Shown here: piece by piece, positions 19,074-41,049 of the stretch | Position numbering within the stretch: position 1 is the first letter of the stretch | Layout of the letters: every line of letters starts with the position of its first letter | Source: the human T2T-CHM13v2.0 reference genome, Homo sapiens | Length of the DNA stretch: 64,000 bases | Direction: 5' to 3' (one strand) | Assembly (NCBI RefSeq): GCF_009914755.1 | Contig: NC_060932.1 | Position numbers and translations under genes: made by a program | The notes under the pieces: model-generated | The model's input: the letters and a program-made list of their open reading frames with translations, nothing else | Told to the model about the DNA's origin: nothing | Databases searched by the model: none

Positions 19074-19172
19074 CGTTCGGCGTAGTCCCCTTCCTGCCAT
19101 CCGTCCTGAGCTCCCTGCTGCCCGTGCTGGGCGTGGCCAAGCAGGACACGGTGCGCGTGGCCTTCTGCTCCG
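19074..19172 (+). CDS. MROH1: MROH1 coding exon 5 (AFGVVPFLPSVLSSLLPVLGVAKQDTVRVAFCS)
   Basis: tctctcacag acceptor, G|GTAAGA donor, 99 nt phase 1->1. Confidence 0.95.
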
Positions 19173-19926
19173 GTAAGAGGCGGCCTCGTCACCTTCTGTC
19201 TCAAGTGCCCCTTTGTGGGGGGCTGTTCCCGGGCATGCCTGTTTTAGGGGGGACAGGTGGGCACTTTAGGCTGCAGGAAGGGGGGCTGTTGGAGGGAGGG
19301 GCCCCCTGGCTGAGGCTGCTGGCTGGTTGGGGGGCCCATGTGGGGCTGACACAGCCTCTGTCTCTTGTTTCTCTCTACTCCTGGAGAGCCCCCCACCTTA
19401 CATTGTGGGTCCACTGAGGGCTGGACGTGCCTGGGGGGTAGGAAGAGACTTCCTCGAAGCCATGACTTTTTGTTTTCCTCCCCACTCCAGGCTAGAAAAG
19501 TGTCCGCTCTCTGGGCATCCCAGGACCCAGGGGATGGGGGCACATTCATTCACCCCCACCCTCTGCCAGGAGCCCCATTCCTGGCAGCACTGCCCACAGC
19601 CCTCTGTGTGCCTGGCAGGGGACTGCGGGCATGTCATGGGCCTGGACCTTGGTTTCCCCTGCCACTGACAGTGGGGGAGTGGTTGGTGGGATTGGAGGGC
19701 ATTTCTGTTAGAAGGGGGTGTGGAGATTAGAGATCCTGAGCTACCCTTAGTGCCCTCACAGCCCACGGCCTCGTGCTCCCGGTGTCCCATGTCAGGAAGA
19801 CGGCCAGCCCTGGTAGCTGGCCGGGAGGAGAACAGGACCCTCGTGCCCAGGGGACCAGCCCTCGTAAAGAGCCAGCCCTCTGGGGCCGGGGGCCGTTAGT
19901 TCCAGGCAGCAGGTGTGGGAGGACCC

Positions 19927-20000
19927 AGTGATGGGGGAGGGGCCCGGTGATGGGGGAGGGGCCCGGTGATGGGGGAGGGGCCGGTGATGGGGGAGGGGCC
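19927..20000. repeat. Short tandem repeat GGTGATGGGGGAGGGGCCC x4
   Basis: Direct inspection. Confidence 0.9.
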
Positions 20001-21462
20001 TGGTGGGGCCCGGGCAGGGCATGTTTTCGAAGCATGGAGGGAGTGGTTACAGGGCTGGGCTGGGCTCTGTAGACTGCAGGGTTGGTTTGGAGCATTTGGA
20101 CCCACCTGCTCTGCTCCTGGTGACTTTGGGTTCAGATCACAGGGCTCCTGCCACCCTCTCCTCAGCCCTTGCGCTCCGTCTCTCCTGGCCCTGCTCTTTG
20201 ATAAATGCCTTCATCTTTGGGGCACTCCTTCACAGGCTCTTTCTCACCTGTGGATGAGGGCAGGGCCCCTTGGGTAGAAGGGATAGTAACTCCATGTGAC
20301 CCAGTTTTGGCTAAAAATGGGATTGGTGACAGGATGGGGGCAGCTGCATACTGAGCCAGGTGTGAAGGAGCAGAGAGTGGAAGTGGGTGTGGGTGTGGAC
20401 TCAGCTAAGGTGCCTGGGGCGCAGGACGTGCCATCCAGGCTGCAGGGCGGAGACAGAACGGGGCCGCTGGGGCGCCTGTCTCTGTGCTGCACGCACATCG
20501 CCCCTTCCCGCCACTCCTCTGGGAAGTGGCCTGATCCCTGCAGCTGCTGAGGCTCTAAGCAGAAACGGACTTGCAGTTCTGACACCTCTTGCTTACCTTC
20601 CCCTTCATAGGGGACCTGCGGCTCCTCTGGGCCCTACCATGCTGGCATTTTCCTCCATGTGTCAAACACATGGGTTCAGCCAGCGAAGATTCCATGGGAC
20701 CTCCTCGTGTGGGACGTGTGCTCCCCACCACAAATGGAACGTTCCCTGTTTGCATCTGGAGGGGTTGGTGGTCCTGCTGGCTGGAGCAGCCTGGGGCCAG
20801 AGGAAGCCGTATCAACCGGGTGAGGCCTAGTGGTGGGGGCGGTGGCAGGCCTGCGTCCACTGCGGGAGGGTGCAGGTCCAGCCAGGACAGGCAGTGTGCC
20901 AAGGACAGGAGTGCCCTCAGGGCACTGCAGCCAGGAGGCGAGGAGCCTCAGGGAAGACTCCCAGTGGTGGAGGCACGGCTGGCCTGGCCACGCCGTCCAG
21001 CAGGGCAGGCATCCAGTAATTCCTCCCGGCCAAGGAACCCCTCCAGTAGGAAAGGTGGCAACAAAAGAAACAGACACTAATTGGAGATGTAGATGGTTCA
21101 GGGAGAAGAAAATAACAGAGAAAGAAAATCTCTGATTAATATCCTCAGGAAAATAAGTGGGCATCATGCATTCACGGGACAAGAGGTGTCACCATGGAGA
21201 AGCCACATTCAGAGAATAAAACTGACCTTCTGTGAATTAAAGATGCCATAATAGAAATGGGAAAAATAATAGAAGAATTGGAAGAGAAAGTTGTGGAAAT
21301 TTCCAGAAAATAGAGGAAAAAGGCAAAAATATGGAAAGTAGGAGAGAAAGAGAAGAATGAACTAGCAGGCTGAACCCTGAAGCCAGCATTCCAATCAGAG
21401 GCACCCTAGAAAGAATGGACAGAGATGGGAGGTCAAGAGATGACGCAAAGGCATGCCCTAGT

Positions 21463-22065
21463 GGCCGGGTGCGGTGGCTCATGCCTGTAATCCCAGCACT
21501 TTGGAAAGCCGAAGCGGGCTGATCACTTGAGGTCAGGAGTTCAAGACCAGTCTGGCCAACATGGCAAAACCCCGTCTCTACTAAAAATACAAAAAAATTA
21601 GCCGGGTGTGGTGGCGCATGTCTGTAATCCCTGATACTGTGGATGAGACAGGAGGATTGCTTGAACCTCGGAGGCGGAGGCTGCAGTGAGCCAAGATTGC
21701 ACCACTGTACTCCAGCCCGGGTGACAGAGTGAGACTCTGTCTCAAAACAAACAAATCAAAACTAGCTGGGCATGGTAGCTTACGCCTGTAATCCCAGTAC
21801 TTTGGGAGGCCAAAATGGGAGGATCACTTGAGCCCAGGAATTCGAAACCAGGCTGGGCAGCATGGTGAGACCCCATCGTTAGAAAAAATATTTTTAAAAA
21901 TTTGCCAGGTATGGTAGCACATGCCTGTATTCCAGCTCCTTGGAAGGCTGAGGCAGGAGGATTGCTTGACCCTGGGAAGTCGAGGCTGCAGTGAACCAAG
22001 ATCAAGCTACTGAACTCCAGCCTGGGTGACAGAGCAAGACTCTGTCTCAAAAAAAAAAAAAAAAA
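21463..22065 (+). mobile_element. Two sense Alus
   Basis: Alu consensus. Confidence 0.9.
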
Positions 22066-22126
22066 TCCTAATAACACAACAGGGGTGGGCTTCTGCTTGT
22101 GGCATTATGGTGGTCTGTTATTCTGA

Positions 22127-22614
<488 letters not shown>

Positions 22615-24171
22615 AGACAAGGCCTTTCTTTGCACTGGGTCAGAGCCCACCTGTACCAGACCCTTCAAGGCCCCTCCTCAGCAAAAAGTGACTGATGAGG
22701 AACCTTCCACTGTGCACCCTGGGAGGTAGTCTGTTTTCTTTTAGAATTTCTTTTAAATCCTCTCTCCTGAGAATTTGTAACCATGGTCTGTCCTGATGTA
22801 GTTGTAGGGTTCAAAGTTGTTCTTTGTGTTGGACTGGGAAGCCCTTAAGCTGAGACGTTAGCCGTGTAAATGGGCCGGGCTGAAGTGTCCTGGGTGGGGT
22901 GACCAGTGTCCTACTGAATGTTTGCGTCCCAGTCAGGCTGCATGGCAGTGGCTCTGGCCGGGGGGTGTGGCTGTGGGAAGCAGCGCTTCCCTGGAGCGCA
23001 GGGTCTCGGCTCTGGTGTGGGGCCAGCAGCTCTCCACGGACCCAGGACCAGCAATATCAGTTACAGTCACAAAGCACACACGTCAGCACACAAAAAAAGG
23101 AGCATTAGAGCAGAAAGTCACATAATTTGGATTGATGAGATACAGGATAAAAATAGCAAGGTAAAGAGGCGAAAGGGAGAAAGGACAGGGTCCTACAAGG
23201 ACAGAGCCAGTGTGAAAAGAGAACCAAATACAGTCTAGAAACAAAACTGTAACCATTTCCATTAAAGAGTAAGGAGGTGGGTGTGGCAGCCGGTTGCAGA
23301 CACTGAAGAGAGTGCACCAGCTGGACAGGGGTCTGGGGACAACCCGGAGGGCAGCCCTGAGCTGGCAGAGAGAAGGGGGTGCAGGGCAGGCGTCAGGTGA
23401 GCTGGCCGAGCACCCCCAGCTACAGAGCACAAGTCCAGAAGAGGTGAGAAGAGGCCCAGGCTCACCGGCATCATCAAAGGGAGACGCTGTGGAGGGGCCG
23501 CCAGGAGCTGCTGACTTTCACAGCCAGTGCCAGACCTGTTCCCTGGAGCCCTGTCACCTCCACCCAGGGCAGAAGGACGCTATGGGGCTGGGGCAGAGCA
23601 GGAGTCCCCACCCCCTGCACTGGAGAGGGAGTGGAGGCCCTGGGTGCTGCTGGTGAGTGACAGGTGTGCAGGGGATCCCCGCGCCAGCAAGAAAGGAGCT
23701 GAGGAGGAGGGGGAGGCAGGCAGCCTCTTGCCCTTTTCTCTGTCGGGGAGGGAAGTGTCTTGTAGCTTTAGGGAAACCACTGCAGTGTTGCAGTCCCAGG
23801 ATTTCTGTGCAGTGTGTCGCTCCTGCAGGCAGCCTGCCGGTTCCACTGGAATCCTCGTGCTGTGCCGCCTGACCCTCCCTGGCCTCTGTGGTTTCTGCAG
23901 GGTGGGAAGTGGGAGCTGAGCTCTCCCATCTCACTGTATGTGTCAGGCCGTTGCAAGTTTTGTCGTTACTGTGGTCTCACCTACCCAGACCTGAGCAAGG
24001 CAGAAAACACAGAAACTAATGCTTTAGAAAATAAGCAGTTGGCAAAACGTTATGTTTTATACCTAGTTCTTTGAAATAAGTGAATTAAATACTTAAGCTG
24101 CTGCCTCATCAAGAGAAAAGAGAGAAACAAGCCAAGTGGTAAACAGGAGGTGAATAGATGTGAGGACAGCG

Positions 24172-24750
24172 AGGGGTGGCGCGGGGACCGCGGGGAGATG
24201 TGAGGGGTGGCATGGGGACCGTGAGAGGGGCGGTGAGGGGCGGCGCAGGGGCCTTGAGGGGATGTGAGAGGCAGTGCGGGGACCGCGGGGGGCGGTGAGG
24301 GCCGGTGGAGGGGGACGGTGAGGGGCGGCGCAGGGACCTCGAGGGGACGTGAGGGGCAGTGCGGGGACCGTGGGGGGAGGGGGAGGGGCGGCGGGGGGAC
24401 GGTGAGGGGCGGCGCGGGGACCTCGAGGGGACGTGAGGGGCAGTGCGGGGACCGTGGGGGGAGGGGGAGGGGCGGCGCAGGGACCTCGAGGGGACGTGAG
24501 GGGCAGTGCGGGGACCGTGGGGGGAGGGGGAGGGGCGGCGGGGGGACGGTGAGGGGCGGCGCGGGGACCTCGAGGGGACGTGAGGGGCAGTGCGGGGACC
24601 GTGGGGGGAGGGGGAGGGGCGGCGCAGGGACCTCGAGGGGACGTGAGGGGCAGTGTGGGAACCACGGGGGGGCGGTGAGGGGCAGTGCAGGGACCGTGGG
24701 GGGATGGTGAGGGGTAGCGGGGGGGCGGTGAGGGGCGACGTGGGGACCAC
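24172..24750. repeat. CpG/G-rich minisatellite: ~21-bp monomers in a 147-bp higher-order unit
   Basis: CTCGAG at 24338, 24422, 24485, 24569, 24632 (spacings 84/63/84/63). Confidence 0.93.
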
Positions 24751-24936
24751 AAGGGACCAGCAAGGGCCGCCGAGGGGACCGCGTGCCCAGTGCAGCCACC
24801 TCTGAAAGCCCAGCAGCGAGTGCTCCAGGAGAGTGCCAGTTCCCAGGCAGTGCTCCGTGGGCTCCGCAGTGGGCTCTCTCCCAGTCCTCAGGGCTGTGTC
24901 ACCCCGGGGAAATGAAGCAAAAAGGACAGTTTCCAA

Positions 24937-27574
<2,638 letters not shown>

Positions 27575-27700
27575 CCACTGCCTCATTTTATAAGTGAGGA
27601 AACTGAGGCACAAAGAGGCTGAATAACTCGTCCCAGGCCATACACCTGGGGAGTGGGAGAGCCAGGACTAGGCCAGCCTGCACCTCTGAGCTGCCTTTTA
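27575..27700. mobile_element. MIR fragment
   Basis: CATTTTATAAGTGAGGAAACTGAGGCACAAAGAGG core. Confidence 0.7.
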
Positions 27701-28711
27701 AAGCAGATGTGGGAAGAACTGCTAGGAAATCAGAAGGGGAGACTACAGCTCAGAAAAATGGGGCAAGAAAAGGCCAGAACCACACAGCCAGCCAACATAC
27801 ACACAGAAAGGTGATTAGCCCACTATCTGCAAAGCGGTGTTATCTCACATTAAGCAGTTTGGAGAAAATTAAAAGTAATTGTTTGAAAATACCAAGTTTA
27901 GATTGTGCTTTGGAGCAGGGCCTGTAGCAGCGAGCTATTGGGATTGGCACTTGGCAGCCACTCTGGAGAGAGTGGGCCCATCAGAAGAACTCAAGATTGG
28001 GGCAGCTGAGGTGGTCCCAGCAGCACCCCCTTGGTCTTGTGCCTTGTGCAGCCCCTCCCCGTGCGGTGGGTGCATCCTTTCAGGGCTCTGGACTTTGCCC
28101 TGAAGCTCATGGTCCCTTTGTGTTTCCTCCTCCAGTTTCTGCGTCTCCGCCTGGTCCTCAGCAGGGCTGTGTGAAAGGTGCTGGCCTCAGTTTATCTCCC
28201 TGTGCCCCCATGTTCCCCCTTCACCCGGGGCCCAGCCCCACTGACCACTCGCACATCACCTGAGTTCGGCCCATGTCCTGGGCTCCAGGCCCTACAGCCA
28301 GTGTTTTCTGACTCTCCACCCAGATGTCCATACCACTCGAAGCCTGGGTGGCCACCTGCCCAGCCTCTGCCCGCTCCCAGCTCTGCCCGCTCCCAGCTCT
28401 GCCCTCAGGGTCAGCCCAAGGCCACCGCTGAGTCACATCCACAGTCACTGGCGCACTGTCAGGAGCCGCCCACCCGTGGGAGGGCCTCATGCTGACCCTG
28501 GCATCCTGGTGCCCCTCCGCCCTGCCATTGTTCTCCCTGTGGCTCTTCCCGCCCACACTGTGCCCAGCACGGCAGCCTTGGGCAGAATGTGTGGCACAAG
28601 TCTGTCTGTGAGGATGGGTGGGCGTGGCACTGCTCCTCTTGTCTCTGTGGCAGACTGGAGTGGGCAGGAACTTGTGGGCAGAGGGCATTTTGGGGAGGAG
28701 GTTGGTACTTG

Positions 28712-29445
<734 letters not shown>

Positions 29446-29448
29446 TAG

Positions 29449-30252
<804 letters not shown>

Positions 30253-30525
30253 TAGTCACTGTGGGTTTTTCCTTCTGCCCAGAGGCCCAGTGCTGCTGGC
30301 GGGGCACTGAGCATCTCCTACAAACCCCCTGGGCCTGGCCAGCATCTGGCTTGCTGTGGTCTCCCCACAGCTGACCTCTGGGTGCTAGGCTCACGTCCCA
30401 GCCCCCGTAGCACCCACTGGTAGCCCAGTGTTCGTTCACGTCCGTCACGGGTGCTTGCTGGACATGCTCTGAGCAGTCGGTGTTGACTGAGCAGCGTAAG
30501 CTTCCCGCCCACTGTCCCCTCTCAG

Positions 30526-30666
30526 CTCCGTCTTGCCGTGGTGGAGGCTCTGGGGCCTATGAGCCATCTGCTGCCCAGTGAGAGGCTGGAAGAGCAGCTG
30601 CCCAAGCTCCTCCCTGGGATTCTCGCCCTCTACAAGAAGCACGCAGAGACCTTCTACTTGTCCAAG
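30526..30666 (+). CDS. MROH1: MROH1 coding exon 7 (LRLAVVEALGPMSHLLP...ETFYLSK)
   Basis: cccctctcag acceptor, AAG|GTATCT donor, 141 nt phase 0->0. Confidence 0.95.
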
Positions 30667-31119
30667 GTATCTGCAGGCAGGGCAGGTCTACTGTCCCCGA
30701 GGACCCCTCCAATCAGACTCCCCGGGGGTGGCCGTGAGTCCTCGGCTAGGGCTCAGTGGTGGGTGGGGGTGGCCCTGAGTTCTCTGCTAAGGCTCAGTGG
30801 TGGGCTGTGAAGGACAGGGCCCTCGTGGGGACCAGCTTAGTTTTCCCATCGCTCTGCCCTGGACGGTGCCAGGAACCTGGGCCTCTTGGTCCATGGCACC
30901 TGTGGCTTAGGGAGCCCCCTTCCTGGGCCCTCCCCACCCTCCTCCCTGGCTCTGAGTTCTAGAGGTAGACGAAAGGCCTCCTCATTTGAGCCCCAAGGTG
31001 GGGCCCATGTCCTCCTGGCCCATGTCTTCCTGTGGCCCAACTGGGAGGCTCTGATTGACCTTAGTCAGTTCGGGCGGCTGGAGGTAGGACTGACGGCCTC
31101 TTCTCCCTACCCGGAGCAG

Positions 31120-31212
31120 AGCCTGGGCCAGATCCTCGAGGCAGCTGTGAGTGTGGGCAGCCGCACACTGGAGACCCAGCTGGATGCCCTCTTGGCTGCA
31201 CTGCACTCCCAG
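31120..31212 (+). CDS. MROH1: MROH1 coding exon 8 (SLGQILEAAVSVGSRTLETQLDALLAALHSQ)
   Basis: gagcag acceptor, CAG|GTAGGA donor, 93 nt phase 0->0. Confidence 0.93.
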
Positions 31213-31974
31213 GTAGGAGGCGGGCGTCAGGGGGCGGGTCCAGGTTCTGCACACCCTTCCGTGGGAAGTTGCTGGACAAGGGGTGCAGAAAGCAAGTTGG
31301 GGTGGATGGCTCAGCCACGTGGGGCTGAGGACTGGGCATTCCCTGAAGGTCACTCGGGTGACTTCTTAGCGATGTGGCGATGCTCTTGCCCTGCCCAGTA
31401 GTGGCACATGCAGGTGACATAGCAGCCCCCAGGATGGAGGTGGCAGGAGTGGGTGCCCAGGCCCAGTGCAGGCCCAGTACAGGTGGTCCCAGAGAAAGGT
31501 CAGCGCAGCTGAAGTGCCAGCTGGGGGAGACTGCCCTGAGTTTCTGGGGACTGAGCTCAGAGGAGCAGAGGAGAGGCCCTGGGCTGCAGGATGGGGGTCT
31601 TGAAGGCCCTGCTGGAGAGGAAGTGATGTGGGGAGGAGGCTGAGCAGCTGGGGCAGCTGGGACCCCTCCCCAGGTCGGGTGAATGAGGCTGAGAACGACT
31701 GAGGGATGCAGGTGCCGGGTCACCCGTGACCTTGGCACTGGGGGTCATCTGTCCATGGGACTTTCTGGATGAGAGAGGAGAGGGGCAGGGAGCTAGAGAG
31801 GGTGGTGTGGTGAAGTCTGCAAGGAAACTTTCTGAAAAGAAGTGTGGAGGTGGGTTTACTGCTTGGCTCTGCCCCTCACCTGGCCCACTCCAGCTGGGCC
31901 CCACTCTCCACCGCCTGGATGGTCCTGGCTGCATCCCAGAAACAAAGGGGAAGAGGGGACGGCAGCCACAGAGC

Positions 31975-34065
<2,091 letters not shown>

Positions 34066-34112
34066 TCATGCCTGTAATCCCAGCACTTTGGGAGGCCAAG
34101 GCAGGCAGATCA

Positions 34113-34442
<330 letters not shown>

Positions 34443-35008
34443 TTACAGATGTGAGCCACTGCGCCTGGCCTATAGCAGTTATTTATAACCTTGTATTATA
34501 TATGTAAAAATATTTGTTCCTACTTTGTCATTGAGTCATTAATTCATTCTTGAGACAGGGTCTCGCTTTGTCACACAGGCTGGAGTGCAGTGGCAATAAC
34601 AGCTCACTGCAGCCTCGGCCTCCCAGGCTCAAGCGATCCTCCTGCCTCATCCCCTCCCCAAACCCCAGTAGCTGGGACCACAAATCATGCTACTTTGTCC
34701 TTTATCTTTTAACTCTGTTTATGATATTTTTTGGCCATACAAAGTTGTTTAATTTTTACCTTATCATTTATCCATCTTTTATGTTATAGTTCAGGTTTTG
34801 TTATGCATAGAAAACCCTTTCAAATTCAGTGATTAGTGGCCGGGCACAGTGGCTCACGCCTGTAATCCCAGCACTTTGGGAGGCCGAGGCGGGCAAATCA
34901 CGAGGTCAGGAGTTTGAGACCAGCCTGGCCAACATAGTGAAACCCTGTCTCTACTGAAAATACAAAAAATTAGCTGGGCGTGGTGGCGGGTGCCTGTAAT
35001 CCCAACTA

Positions 35009-35565
<557 letters not shown>

Positions 35566-35579
35566 TGAATACTCATTTG

Positions 35580-36575
<996 letters not shown>

Positions 36576-37184
36576 TATTTGGTCTTTACAGTAGAAATAA
36601 CAAGGAGCACACCGGGGGCGGTGACTCACGCCTGTAATCCCAGCACTTTGGGAGGCCGAGGCGGGTGGATCACCTGAGGTCAGGAGTTAGAGACCATCCA
36701 GACCAACATGGAGAAACCCTGTCTCTATTAAAAATACAAAAATTAGCCAGGTGTGGTGGCACACACCTGAGACTGAGAGTTGCTTGAACCCGGGAGGCGG
36801 AGGTTGCAGTGAGCCAAGGTCACGCCATTGCACTCCAGCCTGGGCAACAAGAGCAAAACTGTTTCAAAAAAAAAAAAAAAAGAAAGAAAAATAAATAACA
36901 AGGAGCTACCTGGGAACGTAGAGCCGAGCCCTGGGGCCAGCTCCTCCACCTCGCAGTGATTTCTGACAGTTCTCTAGGAACCCAGGTTGGGGTGTGGCCC
37001 TGTGGGCCTGGGGCCTTTGCTGTGGTTACCTCTTCTGGCTCATAAGAGGGCTCTGCTGAAGAATTGCTTTGGAGCTCTTTGTGCAGAGAGACCCTGTCAG
37101 TGCCCTTTGCTGTGACACCTGCGAGTGGGGACCTAGGATGTCACACCTGAATTAGTGGGGGTGTGCTTCTGTATCACCCACTAA

Positions 37185-37358
<174 letters not shown>

Positions 37359-37938
37359 TGAGTAGCTGGGACCACAGGCATGCACCACCATGCCCAGCCA
37401 ACAGCCTTAGTTTTTGCTTTTTACCAATAAGACTTTTTTTTTCCTTATAACTTTGAACAAGTGGACTCCAGAAGTTTTGGGTTCCAGTACTTTATGTGTC
37501 CTAGAGATTCATGCTTTCCAGCCTGGGTCCTGGGCCTCATGCCTGGGGCATGGGAGACTCTCCTCTTTAGTCAAGAAATATTTCTTGGGAATCTCTTTTC
37601 CTGCTGCTGGTAGGAGAGGTGGAAGGTGGCAGGAGCAGGATGTGTCCCTGGAGACTTGACAGTAGCTGTGTGTCTGCCTGTTGCTGCCTGTCTCCCTCCT
37701 CTCCCCCACCGTAAGGAGATGGGGCTGGTCCCTGGAGGGCCTCTGATTACAGGGGATGAGACTGTCCTGCATCCAGGGCTTGGGTGAGAAAGAGCCTGGA
37801 GCGCCCGCTGCATGCTGTAGGCATGGGGTGGAAACCCAGAGCCTTCTGCCCAGCTGCCCAGGCCCAGAATTGTCAGAGGGCGGGAATCCTTCCTTCTGGC
37901 CTCTCTGGTCTATAACCTCGGCCCCGTTCCTGGAGCAG

Positions 37939-38017
37939 ATCTGTGTGCCTGTGGAGTCCTCAAGCCCCCTGGTGATGAGTAACCAGAAGGAGGTGCTGCG
38001 CTGCTTCACTGTGCTGG
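37939..38017 (+). CDS. MROH1: MROH1 coding exon 9 (ICVPVESSSPLVMSNQKEVLRCFTVL)
   Basis: gagcag acceptor, G|GTGAGT donor, 79 nt phase 0->1. Confidence 0.93.
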
Positions 38018-39244
38018 GTGAGTGGTGGGCCCAGCTTTGCCCATGGGCATCTGTGGACACTCACAGGGTCACCGCCTGCTGTATGTGGAGGATGGTGGTG
38101 GCTGGGGTACTGGTCGGGGATGAGGAGGCCCCTGTTTCCACCTCTCCTGGGCCTACCTGTGGCTCCAGAGGCCTCTGAACCAGGGCCTGGGCAGTGGCTG
38201 CAGCCTGGAACGTTGTTCACCTCCGAGGAGCGTGCTGCTGACCTGCCCAAATCCTTGGGGGCCTCCACTCACGGTCCAGTCTGCACATTCCCTACCTGCC
38301 CCCCGCCTACCTGTTTCTCCACACCCAATCTCTGGCTCCATGGCCTGCTCTCTGCTCCCCCAGGGGGCCTGTGGCTGCTAGCCCTGGTCACCTGCCAGCC
38401 TCCCATGACCCACCTGGAGGTGCCATGCATCCTGTCACCACCCCCACTGGATGCTGTCCCTATGCCCTGCACAGGCCCTCATAGCCATCCTGGAGGGGCA
38501 GCAGATGGTGTGAGGAGGGGTCCTGCTTGCACTTGGGGCTGTCACCCTGCTGGGGCCACAGCATCAACATCTCCCTGGAGCTGGTCAGGCAGGCGGGGCC
38601 TCAGGCCCCCCACCTACATGAGCATCTACCCTTACACAAGATCCGCAGGAGGGGTGTGGGGAGACTGACTGCAGCCAGGCTGGGGGCAGGGTTGTGGTGG
38701 GCAGATGGATCACAGGTCTGATACCCAGGCAGAGCAGGCCTCCAGAGCCCACCTGGAATGGGGATGGCTCTGGTCCGTGAAGTACTGGTAAGGGAACTGC
38801 TGCAGTCGTTGCCAGAGGGCTCCTGGAGCTTGGGCTGCATTAGCCCTGCTTGGGCTGGGGGTCTGTGTGCTTGACAGCTCGAGTCCCCTTGAGCCTTAGA
38901 CTGGCCTAGAGCCAAGAGAGTCAAGAGGGGCTACTGATGGCCCTCTTGTGGGCCCCCTTGTGAGCTGGAGATGCTGAAACAAGCACCGGTGTGCTGGGTG
39001 GGCCAAGATCTAAGTCCCGGCATGCTCGGGTGGTGCTGGCGCCGTGGGATAAGGGCTACATGTGCTCCAACCCTGCCTTAGACAGGGGCATCGGAGCCAG
39101 GCCCAGCGATTAGGTGGCCCCAGCTTCTCACCTTCACACAGCAACTCTCCTCTGGCTCCTCCCCTGTGCTGGAGAGTAGGTGGACGCTGTGTATAGGGAT
39201 GAACAAGATGACATGGAGCCTAATCTGTACCCGTTGCCCTGTAG

Positions 39245-39358
39245 CCTGCAGCTCGCCTGACCGCCTACTGGCCTTCCTGCTGCCCAGGCTGGACACCAGC
39301 AATGAGAGGACCCGCGTGGGCACCCTGCAGGTGGTCAGACATGTCATCAACTCAGCTG
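39245..39358 (+). CDS. MROH1: MROH1 coding exon 10 (ACSSPDRLLAFLLPRLDTSNERTRVGTLQVVRHVINSA)
   Basis: ccctgtag acceptor, G|GTGAGT donor, 114 nt phase 1->1. Confidence 0.95.
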
Positions 39359-39882
39359 GTGAGTGCCTCCATGCTAGCCTGGCCGCCACCCCTGGCCATG
39401 TCCAGGATGGAGCAGGTCCTGGCAGATTGTGTCCCTCTAAGTGAAAGCACCATCCTGCTTTGAATTGTCTAGAAAGATTTCCCTACTTACTATTTTGCAA
39501 AATTCTAAACTTTTTGAAAAGTTGCAAGGGTGGTACCTTTCTACCCTTCGCCATATGATGGTGGCTCACACTTGCTTTGACAGCTGGCTGCAGACACCAT
39601 GCGTGGCCACACTCCCCAGGTGACCATGCCTCTGAGGGTTCCCAGAGCCTAAGACAGCCATCCCTGAGCCCACTGCTCTAGCTCATTCTGGGATCTATTC
39701 AAAGACACAGTTTGGTTTAGTTTGGTTGTCTCTTAGACTTGTTTGCCCAAGAGGAGCCTTTTTACTCTTTTTAAGAGATGGGGAGACCAATTGTTTCGTA
39801 GAATGTCCCTCAATTTACATATGTGTGATGGTTTCTTCGCAATTAGACTAAAAAAATTCACATTTCCTTGTTTTAAGGCTAA

Positions 39883-40858
<976 letters not shown>

Positions 40859-41049
40859 GCAGCAGGGCCAAGGGAGGACGGGGCAGACGGGGCCACAGTG
40901 CGAAAGTCACCAGGTTAAGAGTCAGGTGTAGGCACCTCAGGACACCTTCAGCGGCCCTTGCCCCAGCAGAAGCAGCCTGAAGTCCTGCTGCTTTGGGCGT
41001 GCCCAGATTTCAGAGCCCAGGGTGGTGCTGTGGTGGGCTGTCTGGAGGC

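Noticed and set aside
24050-24936. Pro/Arg-rich ORFs on the - strand
   Set aside because: Minisatellite translation.
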